A stretch of 63,527 nt of DNA, filler included, from Octopus bimaculoides (Eukaryota): NCBI RefSeq assembly GCF_001194135.2. It is 6 parts of 5 records of this genome, joined end to end, with 100 filler letters (N's around TTAATTAATTAA, not from the genome) between each part and the next. Parts side by side here need not be neighbours in the genome. Positions count along the whole stretch, not along the records: positions 8,859 to 31,145 come from NC_068986.1; positions 31,246 to 39,059 come from NC_068991.1; 4 more parts are not named here. One strand, 5' to 3'. The translations under genes were made by a program, and so were the position numbers. This document shows, in pieces, positions 23,901 through 35,795 of this stretch. The notes beneath the pieces were generated by a model. It did not search any database. It worked only from the letters and a program-made list of their open reading frames with translations, and had not been told where the DNA came from. Numbering within the stretch: the stretch's first letter is position 1; every line of letters starts with the position of its first letter.

Positions 23901-24765
23901 NNNNNNNNNNNNNNNNNNNNNNNNNNNNNNNNNNNNNNNNNNNNNNNNNNNNNNNNNNNNNNNNNNNNNNNNNNNNNNNNNNNNNNNNNNNNNNNNNNNN
24001 NNNNNNNNNNNNNNNNNNNNNNNNNNNNNNNNNNNNNNNNNNNNNNNNNNNNNNNNNNNNNNNNNNNNNNNNNNNNNNNNNNNNNNNNNNNNNNNNNNNN
24101 NNNNNNNNNNNNNNNNNNNNNNNNNNNNNNNNNNNNNNNNNNNNNNNNNNNNNNNNNNNNNNNNNNNNNNNNNNNNNNNNNNNNNNNNNNNNNNNNNNNN
24201 NNNNNNNNNNNNNNNNNNNNNNNNNNNNNNNNNNNNNNNNNNNNNNNNNNNNNNNNNNNNNNNNNNNNNNNNNNNNNNNNNNNNNNNNNNNNNNNNNNNN
24301 NNNNNNNNNNNNNNNNNNNNNNNNNNNNNNNNNNNNNNNNNNNNNNNNNNNNNNNNNNNNNNNNNNNNNNNNNNNNNNNNNNNNNNNNNNNNNNNNNNNN
24401 NNNNNNNNNNNNNNNNNNNNNNNNNNNNNNNNNNNNNNNNNNNNNNNNNNNNNNNNNNNNNNNNNNNNNNNNNNNNNNNNNNNNNNNNNNNNNNNNNNNN
24501 NNNNNNNNNNNNNNNNNNNNNNNNNNNNNNNNNNNNNNNNNNTATATATATATATATATATGTTTATATGTGTGTGTCAACATCACTTGACAACCGATGC
24601 TGGTGTGTTTATGCCCCTGTAACTTAGTGGTCCGGCTTAAGAGACCAATAGAATAGTTACTAGGATTACAAAGAATAAGTCCTGGGGTTGATTTCCTTGA
24701 CTAAAAGCGGTGCTCCAGCATGGCCGCAGTCAAAATGACTGAAACAAGTAAAAGAATAAAGAATA
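23708..24765 (+). mobile_element. SINE F1 with N gap in its central (TA)n
   Basis: Intact head at 23710; gap 23901-24542; 3' half resumes at 24543. Confidence 0.85.
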
Positions 24766-24788
24766 TATTAAGCATATAATGTATATTC

Positions 24789-25465
24789 AATTAAGAGAAG
24801 AAAATGGTGAGTTAATGGTTAATAATTAATTTATTGTTGTTGTACTTGGGGATGGTCATATTGCCAGTTTAGCCAATAAAGAAGAAAGCAAAGGACCACT
24901 GATGAGGTCACATAAGTGTGACGAAAGAACCCTGGCCAAAATAGGATTAATGTAATATAAAGCTGAAGCAAATTAACACCAAATATACAGTGCGTGTGTT
25001 TTTATTGGCTAAACTGGCAATATGACCATCCCCAAGTACAACAACATCTGTTTCAACACACGATTTCACATCAAAAATCTTGCACAACAAATATATAAAT
25101 TAATTTATTAACATATTGATAATCATTCCTACAATTGTTTCAATTAATACTCAATAAATTACAAATTTATGTAATAAATTTGCATTTTTAAGTTGTGAGC
25201 AAAATATCATCAGGGAAATATTAAACATTAAAGACTTACATGGTGAACAATTTGTTCTTTCTAACAGACTTTTTGTTGGAAAGAACAAATTGTTCACAAT
25301 GTAATTCCTTAACATCTAATATTTCCCACAACTTAAAAATGCAAATTTATTACATAAATTTGTAATTTATTAATTGAGTATAAATTGAAACAATTGTAGG
25401 AATGATTATCAATATGTTAATAAATTAATTATTAACCATTAATGCTCCATTTTCTTCTCTTAATT
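24789..25465. repeat. AT-rich fold-back element interrupted by a 262-bp cassette
   Basis: 24789-24835 plus 25110-25266 pair with 25274-25465 (7-nt loop); cassette 24836-25097 flanked by AATTAATTTATT at 24824-24835 and 25098-25109. Confidence 0.85.
24893..24937 (+). ncRNA. Hammerhead ribozyme core-like motif
   Basis: GGACCA-CTGATGA(24899-24905)-G-GTCACA-taag-TGTGAC-GAAA(24923-24926)-GAACCC-TGGCC; perfect 6-bp stem II; CCC where NUH is required. Confidence 0.55.
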
Positions 25466-25489
25466 ATGTATATGTAAGAGCTGTGAGAC

Positions 25490-25713
25490 AGGTAGAGTCC
25501 ATAGGCAGGAAGTTCTGATAGGAGATTCGTGTGATAGACATGGATGAAAGCTTTCTTGATGTTGAGAGTAAGACTGTTTCCACTGCATTCATCCAAGGCA
25601 AGAGCCCACTTGGGGTGGTGGTGGTGGTGGTGGTTGTGACAGAGGAGTCTTGGTTACCAGTGGATCTGGCTCTAAGAAAGCTGTCCTGGTAGTCATTAAT
25701 CAAAGATAGATAG

Positions 25714-25763
<50 letters not shown>

Positions 25764-26060
25764 TTGACAATGTCTTATAAGGTGTCAGAAGATTATTTGT
25801 TAATGGCTGCTTCCATTACCATGGAAATATTAGAATTGAGTGCAACAGGCTGATAATTGCCTTTTTCGGGAATGGGACACAATTTGATTTTACATATGAA
25901 TATGTGGGGACTTTAGATCGAAATTATTCAGATGTGGAATTCCACATTTGTACTTAAATTTTCTATTCATGGGCATATTTATATCAGCTTCAACTTCTTC
26001 AGTTTCATATCCCCCCCCTTCCCTGCAACTTTTTCAGTGAAAAATTATACTGAAGTACAT
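25490..26060 (-). pseudogene. CR1/Jockey-group LINE RT relic split by (GA)n
   Basis: Minus strand across frameshifts: PIPKKGNYQPVALNSNISMVMEAAIN, YQDSFLRARSTG, KWALALDECSGNSLTLNIKKAFIHVYHTNLLSELPAYG (LDISKAFD.VWH-type motif). Confidence 0.7.
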
Positions 26061-26220
26061 TATCAATCATTTAATAGACTGGCACTTAAACATTAAATAT
26101 CCATTGATTTTTAATGTTAACTTAAATATACTAATACAACTATCAACATAAATATGTGCATGTGTGTGTGTGAGTGTGCGCGCGCGTGCACACACACACA
26201 CACGTGTATTCTCCACATCT

Positions 26221-26412
26221 CTTGTCTCTGAATCACTTGTGAAACAATTATAAAGAATTTCAGAATAGATTTCCTAGGGGAACTGCTGATTGCCCATAAC
26301 CAAGTGTTCAATCTAGAATCTTTTGATTCTGTTTATTGGCAGTCAGAAATTCCTTTAGAAAATCTATTTAGAAATTCTTTGCAATTGTTTCACTCGTGAT
26401 TCTTAGACTAGA
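26221..26412. repeat. Imperfect hairpin, about 190 bp
   Basis: 26230-26280 pairs with 26352-26402; inner CTGATTGCCCATAA/TTATTGGCAGTCAG and AGAATC-tttt-GATTCT. Confidence 0.8.
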
Positions 26413-27732
26413 GCTTTGAGGAACAGATACCTGTATACTAGCCGAGATTCTGTTTTTAAATCCCCCTATATGCCTATATAAATATGTCTATCATGAATTT
26501 GTTGACAAATTATTATTGAATGTATATTTATTGAGTTTATAGTTTATAATTTTTTTTGCGTTTTTGTTCACAGACGGCTGATTCATAATCGAATGGATAT
26601 TGCTTGCTCATAAAAATTTTTTTTTAATGATGTTAATATAAATAGTTAACATTTAATAGCCAATCGTATTACTGCTGTCACCAGATACAAAGTAACACTT
26701 GTCAAAAAAAAAAAAAAAAAAAAAAGACAATTAAGTGTTTGGCTTATTTAAAAATCAATAACAAAAAGAAAGGCGCATTTTGCTTCAGGTAGGAAAATTA
26801 GACTATTACAGGTATATCTTGAAATGTAGGATTAAATCAAGTATAACATAATTGCTTAAATATCTCCAAAAGCAAAAACGCTACAGTTCTAGATTTATTT
26901 AAGCAAAGAGCAAGTATTGTTAATACTCAGAAACAAGTTTTAAATAACTAATTATAGATGTACACATTAAAGTAAAGTCACGGAAGTAAGAGTAGGTAAA
27001 ATGTGTCTGCCCCAGCCATTAGTCAACTGATATGACGTCACAGTATGGCCTTATTCCGATAACTTTATAAGACTCGTGCTGCTACCCCTCTGACAATTTC
27101 TTTGTGCGTAGGCAATTTGCACTCATGTAGCTCGATGTCGAGAAGTGTGTAAAAAGTTTTTTTCTTTATAATTTGTACAAAAAAAAGAAAAAAAGAAAGA
27201 AAAAGAAAAAGGTCAAACGTACATCGCCTTTCTGTTATTGATTTATAACATCACAATTTTTGTAAATAGCAAGTTTTAAGTCTTTTAATTAACGACCAAT
27301 ATGACTATATCCTTTAGTAAATGCATAATTCCGACTGTGATTTTACTTGTGTCGATACTATTATGCTGTCATAGTATCGACAACCTAGAGGATTGTACGT
27401 GTGAAGAGAAAACCCAGTGTCAGCGCGTACCAGATGGAGTTCATCTGAAACACGAAGGAAAGGAGGCTAGTACTTAATCATTTAATTTCCTTTTCTTATT
27501 TATTATATTCATTTACTCTGAATCAGTTTATACCATTGGATGAATTACATGGAGTGTTAAGCTATCATTATTTATGTTATTTTGATAAACTTTTTTTCTG
27601 AGGAATGCTATCCTACCCAACGCTATATCATANNNNNNNNNNNNNNNNNNNNNNNNNNNNNNNNNNNNNNNNNNNNNNNNNNNNNNNNNNNNNNNNNNNN
27701 NNNNNNNNNNNNNNNNNNNNNNNNNNNNNNNN

Positions 27733-27769
<37 letters not shown>

Positions 27770-27809
27770 TAGATATATCTGTACATATATATGAAATAGA
27801 TTTTCTTGC

Positions 27810-28650
27810 ATGTCGTAGAGGTAGTGGATAGTTCTGTTACCTAGGTGACCTAATTAACAATGGAGGAGGTTGTTCTGAAAGTATTGTTGTTAGAGTAAGA
27901 ATAGAATGGAATAAAGTTCAGAGTGCTATTGCCTCTGTTGGCAACAAAAGTAGATTTCTGTCTCAGAGTGAAAGGCAGATTGTATGATGCTTGTGTATGA
28001 GCAGCAATGCTACATGGTAGTGAGATGTGGACCCTGAATGTAGAGTACATGCAAAAATTTGAGTGGGATGAGGCTAATATGCTTTGTTGGATTTGCAGTA
28101 TCAGTGTGCATGTATGACAAAGTGCTAATATATTGGTTTCAAATTTTGGCACAAGTCCAGCAATTTCGGGGAAGGGAGCAGATTGGTTTCATCAGTTCCA
28201 GTGTCCCACTGGTATTTATTTTATTGACCCCAAAAGGGTGGAAGGCAAAGTGAAACTTGGCAGAATTTGAACTCAGAACGTAAAGATGGATGAAATATTG
28301 CTAAACCTTTTGCCCAGCTTGCTAATGATTCTACCAGCTCACCATCTTAACAAATGCTAATACATCAAGAGAAAAAAATAAGGCATAAGAGGAATCAAAT
28401 GTGTGCAAGAGAGAAAATTATGTTGATTCAGTCATGTGATGTTTATGGATGAGGACAGCTTTATAAAGAAGTTTTGGTTGCTTAAAGTGGTTGGAACATG
28501 TGGATGAAGGCAACCCAGAAGATATGGTGAAGTAGTGAAGGCTGATCTCACAATACTGAGCCTCACAGAATAATTGACAGAGGACTGAGATGATTGGTAA
28601 TTTGGTGTGCTTGAGACATGACAACAAAAACTGTTCATGACAACAAAAGT
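27810..28650 (+). pseudogene. RTE (BovB-like) RT C-terminal relic interrupted by an F3 SINE at about 28130-28350
   Basis: GGGCSESIVVRVRI.W.KFRVLLPLL..LRVKGRLYDACV.AAMLHGSEMW. Confidence 0.7.
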
Positions 28651-29109
28651 GTGGTCTTAAAATATTTTGTTTATGCTTGTATATGCTGGTCCCAGTCCAT
28701 ACAACCATTTTACTTCGTGAAACACTCCCCACATCTCATCCTCAAAACTCTCTTTCCCTAACACTCATGATTCCATCACTTTTCTATCTATAACACTACC
28801 TGGCTGTCGTAATCAATTGAGAGCAGAATTGGTACATATTGCATCACTGTTTTCATCAATTACCTTCTTGTGCCTTCAGGATCTCTCTGTCTTCTCTGTT
28901 ATACTTTATTTTAACACCTCTTTTATAGTTTAAGTTCTTAAAAGTAGCCACTTCTCATAAAGATGTTTAAGGATTGTAGTACTATAAAGTATAGATAAAT
29001 CAGACATGAAAGGTAACAACGGTGAGAAATGTAATACTGCCAGTATAAATCTATATGCATTTATATACTCCTGCACTGTTTATAAGTTAGGTAACTGAAA
29101 TTTTAAAAA

Positions 29110-29265
29110 GGTTTTATTAATCTGATGTCTGCATCAGATTAAAAACTCATTTTGTTTGTTAATTAGTCCTGATTTAGATCCCAGAAATTCAAGTGCTTCC
29201 ATGCAACATAAATTACAATTACTCCTGTCCCCTTTATACAAAATTGCAGTCTGTATAATGATTTC
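29110..29265 (-). pseudogene. PLE GIY-YIG endonuclease C-terminal relic
   Basis: AILYKGDRSNCNLCCMEALEFL..LINKQNEFLI*CRH matches the CNLCL.EK..I..LNKR.EL..KCRH end of PLE ORFs. Confidence 0.7.
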
Positions 29266-29649
29266 CTTTTTTTCTTCTCTTCTACTTGTTTCAATCATTG
29301 GACTGAGCAGATATGCTGAGCTCAATGAACCAATCCTAGTACTTAATTGTTTCTTTAGCCTGGTACTTATTCCATCAGTCTTTTTCTGCCAAACCACTAA
29401 ATTAAGGGGGATGTAAACAAATCTACACTGATTGTCAAGCAGTGGTGAACTTCTTTCATTTTTTGTCTCCCAAATCCACTCATGGTCAGCGTAGGTGTCT
29501 AAGGTGCTATGCAGTGGAACTGAACCTAAAACCATATGGTTGGGAAGTAAACTTCTTACCATACAGTCATGTGTTATTTGTATTTTTAAATTAATTATAA
29601 ATATTTTTTATTTTTCTATTATTAATTTTTAATTTCTCTATTACTATAC

Positions 29650-30034
29650 TCTTACTCTTTTACTTGTTTCAGTCATTTGACTGCGGCCATGCTGGAGCAC
29701 TGCCCCCAGTCGAGGAAATCGACCCCAGGACTTATTCTTTGTAAGCCTAGTACTTATTCTATCGGTCTCTTTTGCCGAACCGCTAAGTTACGGGGACGTA
29801 AACACACCAGCATCGGTTGTCAAGCGACGCTGGGGGGACAAACACAGACACACACACACACACACATACACATATATACGACAGGCTTCTTTCAGTTTCT
29901 GTCTACCAAATCCACTCACAAGGCTTTGGTCGGCCCGAGGCTATAGTAGAAGACACTTGCCCAAGGTGCCACGCAGTGGGACTGAACCCGGAACCATGTG
30001 GTTGGTAAGCAAGCTACTTACCACACAGCCACTC
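29650..30034 (-). mobile_element. SINE F1, full length and little diverged
   Basis: Complete head, B box GGTTCAGTCCC, short central (TG)n tract and 3' tail. Confidence 0.92.
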
Positions 30035-30282
30035 AGTATTATTGTCTATATTTTGACTCACTTTTCTACTAAATTTATACCAAATTGCTCAAGCTGTTTA
30101 ATTGTGTATTTGTCTAGTATTCCTTTCGTCTGAACCCTCTTATGTTGTTTTTGACTCTTTCCTGCTATATCTAATTTTTTCCACTTTTTTCCTTTCTCTA
30201 ATCATCTCTGTTTCTTTGAAGTTACACTAGACCTAACTACCCCAGTAAATTTATGACTCTGTTGATTGATACCCAAATTTAA

Positions 30283-30502
30283 CCCTTTAGCATTCAGATT
30301 ATTCTGTCAAAGGCAATTCTTATTTATTCACATTGTTTTGAATTAATCCTATATCATCTTATAGCTTTGAGATTTAAATGATGTGATTGCTTATTTTGAG
30401 AATAGCATTGTAGGTGAAGTGTGAGAGGCCAGATCTGGCCAGTTTGAACACAAAACAGGTGAAATATTTGAGCTGGATATGGCCAGTTTAAACACTAAAA
30501 GG
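30283..30502 (-). mobile_element. TTAA-flanked MITE
   Basis: TTAA at 30279-30282 and 30503-30506; ends CCCTTTAG / CTAAAAGG. Confidence 0.75.
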
Positions 30503-30744
30503 TTAAATGCCACATTACCTACTTGAGCAGCCAACTGTCTGGCTGTCAGGCCTGGTTAGTAACGTCAGTATTACAACCAATTTTATCATGGTATAAAGTT
30601 TGCTTCCCAATCACACAGCCTCCAGATTCAGTCCAACTGCATGGCACCTTGGGCAGATGTCGTCTGTTATAGCCCTGGGCTGACTAATGCTTTGTGAGTA
30701 TGTTTGGTAGCTAGAAACTGAAAGAAACATGTATATATATATAT

Positions 30745-31130
30745 GTTGTTGTTGGCACTCCGTCACTTATGACGTCGAGGGTTCCAGTTGATCTGATCAA
30801 CGGAACAGCCTGCTCGTGAAATTAACATGCAAGTGGCTGAACATTCCACAGACACATGTACCCCTTAACGTAATTCTCAGGGATATTCAGCGTGACACAG
30901 TGGGACAAGGCTGGCCCTTTGAAATACAGGTACAACAGAAACAGGAAGAAAGAGTGAGAGAAAGTTGTGGTGAAAGAGTACAGCAGGGTTCACCACCACC
31001 CTCTGCCGGAGCCTCGTGGAGCGTTAGGTGTTTTTGCTCAATAAACACTCACAATGCCCAGTCTGGGAATCGAAACCACGATCCTATGACTGCGAGTCCG
31101 CTGCCCTAACAACTGGGTCATTGCGCCTCC
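30745..31130 (-). mobile_element. SINE F2, full length, abutting the (TA)n of an F1 5' half
   Basis: Reverse complement of 8933-9320. Confidence 0.9.
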
Positions 31131-31145
31131 ACACACACACATATA

Positions 31146-31245
31146 NNNNNNNNNNNNNNNNNNNNNNNNNNNNNNNNNNNNNNNNNNNNTTAATTAATTA
31201 ANNNNNNNNNNNNNNNNNNNNNNNNNNNNNNNNNNNNNNNNNNNN
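31146..31245. other. Artificial assembly spacer
   Basis: 44N-TTAATTAATTAA(31190-31201)-44N. Confidence 0.95.
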
Positions 31246-31518
31246 ATATATATATATATATATACATATATATATAAATATATATAGTGTATTTTAACGA
31301 GTATAGGAAACCCTACTTTGTCAAAAATTAGGTTAAAAAAATATGGGGGTTTCTTATACATGGATAGTGTCATAATCCCTTACAAAACCTTTTTTCCAAA
31401 TTTTAAGCTACCCCCCCCCCCACCAAATTAGGGGCATATTTATGCTAACTCACACGTATGCAAATTTTCTCATCCGTGAACATTGAAAGAAAGCACAACA
31501 TACACATATACACACACA

Positions 31519-31598
31519 TAGTAACCTATATGCACATACACATATACGTAGTAACCTATATACACACATACATATACACATAGTAACCTATATACACA
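31519..31598 (+). repeat. 30-32 bp minisatellite, about 2.6 copies
   Basis: TAGTAACCTATAT.CACATACACATATAC repeated. Confidence 0.8.
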
Positions 31599-31821
31599 CA
31601 GATCCAACCGACTTTTCTTCTCTCTTTCTCTTTCTCATTCGCACCGTGACGTTTTCTCTTTCATCCTCTCTCTCTCATTCAGTTGCCATCTCTCATTCTC
31701 ACTCTTATTCTCTGCTTTCCTCTTTTTTATTCTCTCTCTCATTCAGTCTCAATCTCTTTCATTTTCGCTCTCATTCTTTCCTTCTCGCTCTTCCTTCCAC
31801 TCTCTCTCATACTCTCATTCC

Positions 31822-31864
<43 letters not shown>

Positions 31865-32830
31865 TCCTTCTTTCCTTCCTTCTTTCTTTCCTTCTTTCTT
31901 TGTTTCTTTCTTTCCCTCATTCCCTTTCTCTTTCATTCTCTCAGTCTCCCCCCCCACTCTCTCTCTTCCTCCGTATANNNNNNNNNNNNNNNNNNNNNNN
32001 NNNNNNNNNNNNNNNNNNNNNNNNNNNNNNNNNNNNNNNNNNNNNNNNNNNNNNNNNNNNNNNNNNNNNNNNNNNNNNNNNNNNNNNNNNNNNNNNNNNN
32101 NNNNNNNNNNNNNNNNNNNNNNNNNNNNNNNNNNNNNNNNNNNNNNNNNNNNNNNNNNNNNNNNNNNNNNNNNNNNNNNNNNNNNNNNNNNNNNNNNNNN
32201 NNNNNNNNNNNNNNNNNNNNNNNNNNNNNNNNNNNNNNNNNNNNNNNNNNNNNNNNNNNNNNNNNNNNNNNNNNNNNNNNNNNNNNNNNNNNNNNNNNNN
32301 NNNNNNNNNNNNNNNNNNNNNNNNNNNNNNNNNNNNNNNNNNNNNNNNNNNNNNNNNNNNNNNNNNNNNNNNNNNNNNNNNNNNNNNNNNNNNNNNNNNN
32401 NNNNNNNNNNNNNNNNNNNNNNNNNNNNNNNNNNNNNNNNNNNNNNNNNNNNNNNNNNNNNNNNNNNNNNNNNNNNNNNNNNNNNNNNNNNNNNNNNNNN
32501 NNNNNNNNNNNNNNNNNNNNNNNNNNNNNNNNNNNNNNNNNNNNNNNNNNNNNNNNNNNNNNNNNNNNNNNNNNNNNNNNNNNNNNNNNNNNNNNNNNNN
32601 NNNNNNNNNNNNNNNNNNNNNNNNNNNNNNNNNNNNNNNNNNNNNNNNNNNNNNNNNNNNNNNNNNNNNNNNNNNNNNNNNNNNNNNNNNNNNNNNNNNN
32701 NNNNNNNNNNNNNNNNNNNNNNNNNNNNNNNNNNNNNNNNNNNNNNNNNNNNNNNNNNNNNNNNNNNNNNNNNNNNNNNNNNNNNNNNNNNNNNNNNNNN
32801 NNNNNNNNNNNNNNNNNNNNNNNNNNNNNN

Positions 32831-32859
<29 letters not shown>

Positions 32860-32861
<2 letters not shown>

Positions 32862-33090
32862 ATGTGTGTGTATATGTTTGTGTGTCTGTGTTTGCCCTCC
32901 CCAGCATTGCTTGACAACTGACGCTGGTGTGTTTACGTCCCCCGTAACTTAGCGGTTCGTCAAAAGAGACCGATAGAATAAGTACTAGGCTTACAAAGAA
33001 TAAGTCCTGGGGTCGACTTTCTCGACTAAAGGCGGTGCTCCAGCATGGCCACAGTCAAATGACTGAAACAAGTAAAAGAGTAAAAGAGAG
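32860..33090 (+). mobile_element. SINE F1, 3' half
   Basis: Matches the F1 3' consensus. Confidence 0.85.
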
Positions 33091-33104
33091 TATATCAAAT
33101 TTTA

Positions 33105-33345
33105 TTCTTTTATTCTTTTACTTGTTTCAGTCATTTGACTGCGGCCATGATGGAGCATTACCTTGAAGAGATTTTAGTCGAACAAGTAGACTCAGGGACT
33201 TATTTTTTGAAGCCTAGTATTTATTGTATCGGTCTCTTTTGCCGAACCGCTAAGTTACGGGGGTGTAGACACATCAATGCCGGTTGTCAGGCGGTGATGG
33301 TGGGGGCGCAAACACATACACAAATACACACACACACACAAATAT
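33105..33345 (-). mobile_element. SINE F1, 3' half, tail-to-tail with the previous copy
   Basis: TTACTTGTTTCAGTCATTTGACTGCGGCC.. is the reverse complement of the F1 tail. Confidence 0.85.
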
Positions 33346-34364
33346 ATGCATATATATATAAATAATATTTATATGTGCATATAGGTGCAGGGGTAATAAC
33401 AACACCAGCAACAACATTAGCAGCTGCAATAACAGCGGCAACAACAACAACAACACCAGCAGCAAAAACAAAAACACCAATAGCAAAAACAACAACAACA
33501 ACAACAACAACAGCAGCAGCAGCAGCAAAACAGCAACAGCAGCAGCAGCGAGAACAGACACAACGACGTTAATGGCGACGGCGACGAATAAGACTACGAA
33601 GACAAAACAGAAAATATGAAAAACTCGTCGAAGGACTTTGGGATAGAGATTAAAAGTTAAAGGAAATGTGAAAGAGAAAAAGGTGTGGAAACGCGAAAGG
33701 TGGAAGACAGAGATTGTGANNNNNNNNNNNNNNNNNNNNNNNNNNNNNNNNNNNNNNNNNNNNNNNNNNNNNNNNNNNNNNNNNNNNNNNNNNNNNNNNN
33801 NNNNNNNNNNNNNNNNNNNNNNNNNNNNNNNNNNNNNNNNNNNNNNNNNNNNNNNNNNNNNNNNNNNNNNNNNNNNNNNNNNNNNNNNNNNNNNNNNNNN
33901 NNNNNNNNNNNNNNNNNNNNNNNNNNNNNNNNNNNNNNNNNNNNNNNNNNNNNNNNNNNNNNNNNNNNNNNNNNNNNNNNNNNNNNNNNNNNNNNNNNNN
34001 NNNNNNNNNNNNNNNNNNNNNNNNNNNNNNNNNNNNNNNNNNNNNNNNNNNNNNNNNNNNNNNNNNNNNNNNNNNNNNNNNNNNNNNNNNNNNNNNNNNN
34101 NNNNNNNNNNNNNNNNNNNNNNNNNNNNNNNNNNNNNNNNNNNNNNNNNNNNNNNNNNNNNNNNNNNNNNNNNNNNNNNNNNNNNNNNNNNNNNNNNNNN
34201 NNNNNNNNNNNNNNNNNNNNNNNNNNNNNNNNNNNNNNNNNNNNNNNNNNNNNNNNNNNNNNNNNNNNNNNNNNNNNNNNNNNNNNNNNNNNNNNNNNNN
34301 NNNNNNNNNNNNNNNNNNNNNNNNNNNNNNNNNNNNNNNNNNNNNNNNNNNNNNNNNNNNNNNN

Positions 34365-34423
<59 letters not shown>

Positions 34424-34464
34424 AAGCACTAGTCAAGTGTTCCTCATAGCATATGGTTCCAATG

Positions 34465-34640
34465 CGTAGAGGTGCAATGGCCTAGTGTTTAGGGCAGTGG
34501 ACTCACGGTCGAAGGATCGCGGTTTCGATTCCCAGAGCGGGATGTTGTGAGTGTTTATTGAACGAAAAACACCTAGAGCTCCACGAGGCTCCGGCAGGAG
34601 GCGGGGTGGTGAACCCTGCTGTACTTTATCACCACATCAG
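34465..34640 (+). mobile_element. SINE F2, 5' part
   Basis: GGTGCAATGGCCTAGTGTTTAGGGC..GGTTTCGATTCCC..GCTCCACGAGGCTCCGGCAGG. Confidence 0.8.
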
Positions 34641-35060
34641 ATCAGCTGACTACGCAGAGGCTCCTTTGATTGGTTCAAAAGTTATAGATGTAATGCAATA
34701 TTTGTTTCTAGCATAGGCACCAGGTCAGAGAAGTTTAGGGTGACAGAGCTTTGTCGATTCTGTTGATCCTAGCATTTGGCTGGCACTCTACGCAATCGAC
34801 TCCCGAAAGGGTGAAATCAAAGTTAACCTCGGAGAAATTTAAGTACAAAATAATAATTATGGATTTAGGAAATGGGCTGGGAATTTTAAAGGAGAGGAAG
34901 GGAGACGGTTAGTCGATAACATCGCCCCTAGTATTTGACTGGTACTTGCTTTTATGGGGAGTTCTTGATCGTCATGCTGTTCCTTTTGTTGTTCGTATTG
35001 CTTACACTCAAGTCGGCCCTGTTGGAGAGAGAAAGGGAGAGATATATGGATATAGATAGT

Positions 35061-35106
<46 letters not shown>

Positions 35107-35391
35107 GAGGGAGGGACAGAGAGGCAGGCAGACAGTGAGGGAGAGAGAGAGATAATGTATTAATTCCACTATACTTTCAGGCATCGTACATCTAGAACTA
35201 TCTTACACAGACTATTTTCGTTTCAAAAGAGAAAGATGAGAACTGAGCGGAGGATTAGGAAACGTTTTTATGAGGTATAATATGTGTATACATGATACTT
35301 GCGTATATAAGTGTNNNNNNNNNNNNNNNNNNNNNNNNNNNNNNNNNNNNNNNNNNNNNNNNNNNNNNNNNNNNNNNNNNNNNNNNNNNNN

Positions 35392-35739
35392 TATATATAT
35401 ATATATATATATATATGCATATATATATTTATATAGATATATACATACATATATATATTTATATATATACATAAATATACATATATATATGCATATCAAT
35501 ATGCATACATACATATGTATATACACACATATATATACATATATATATGCATATCAATATGCATACATACATATATCTATACACACATATATATATACAT
35601 ATATATATATTTATATATATACATATATATATATATATATACATATATATATACATATATATATACATATATATAATGTATATGTGTCTATATATGCATA
35701 TAGATATATATATATATATATACATCTACGTGTGTGAGA

Positions 35740-35793
<54 letters not shown>

Positions 35794-35795
35794 CT
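35392..35795. repeat. Degenerate (TA)n/(CATA)n tract
   Basis: Directly visible. Confidence 0.95.

Noticed and set aside
25464-25703. Ser/Thr-rich ORF as a host exon
   Set aside because: Neighbouring frames give LINE RT motifs; it is a frameshifted retrotransposon relic.
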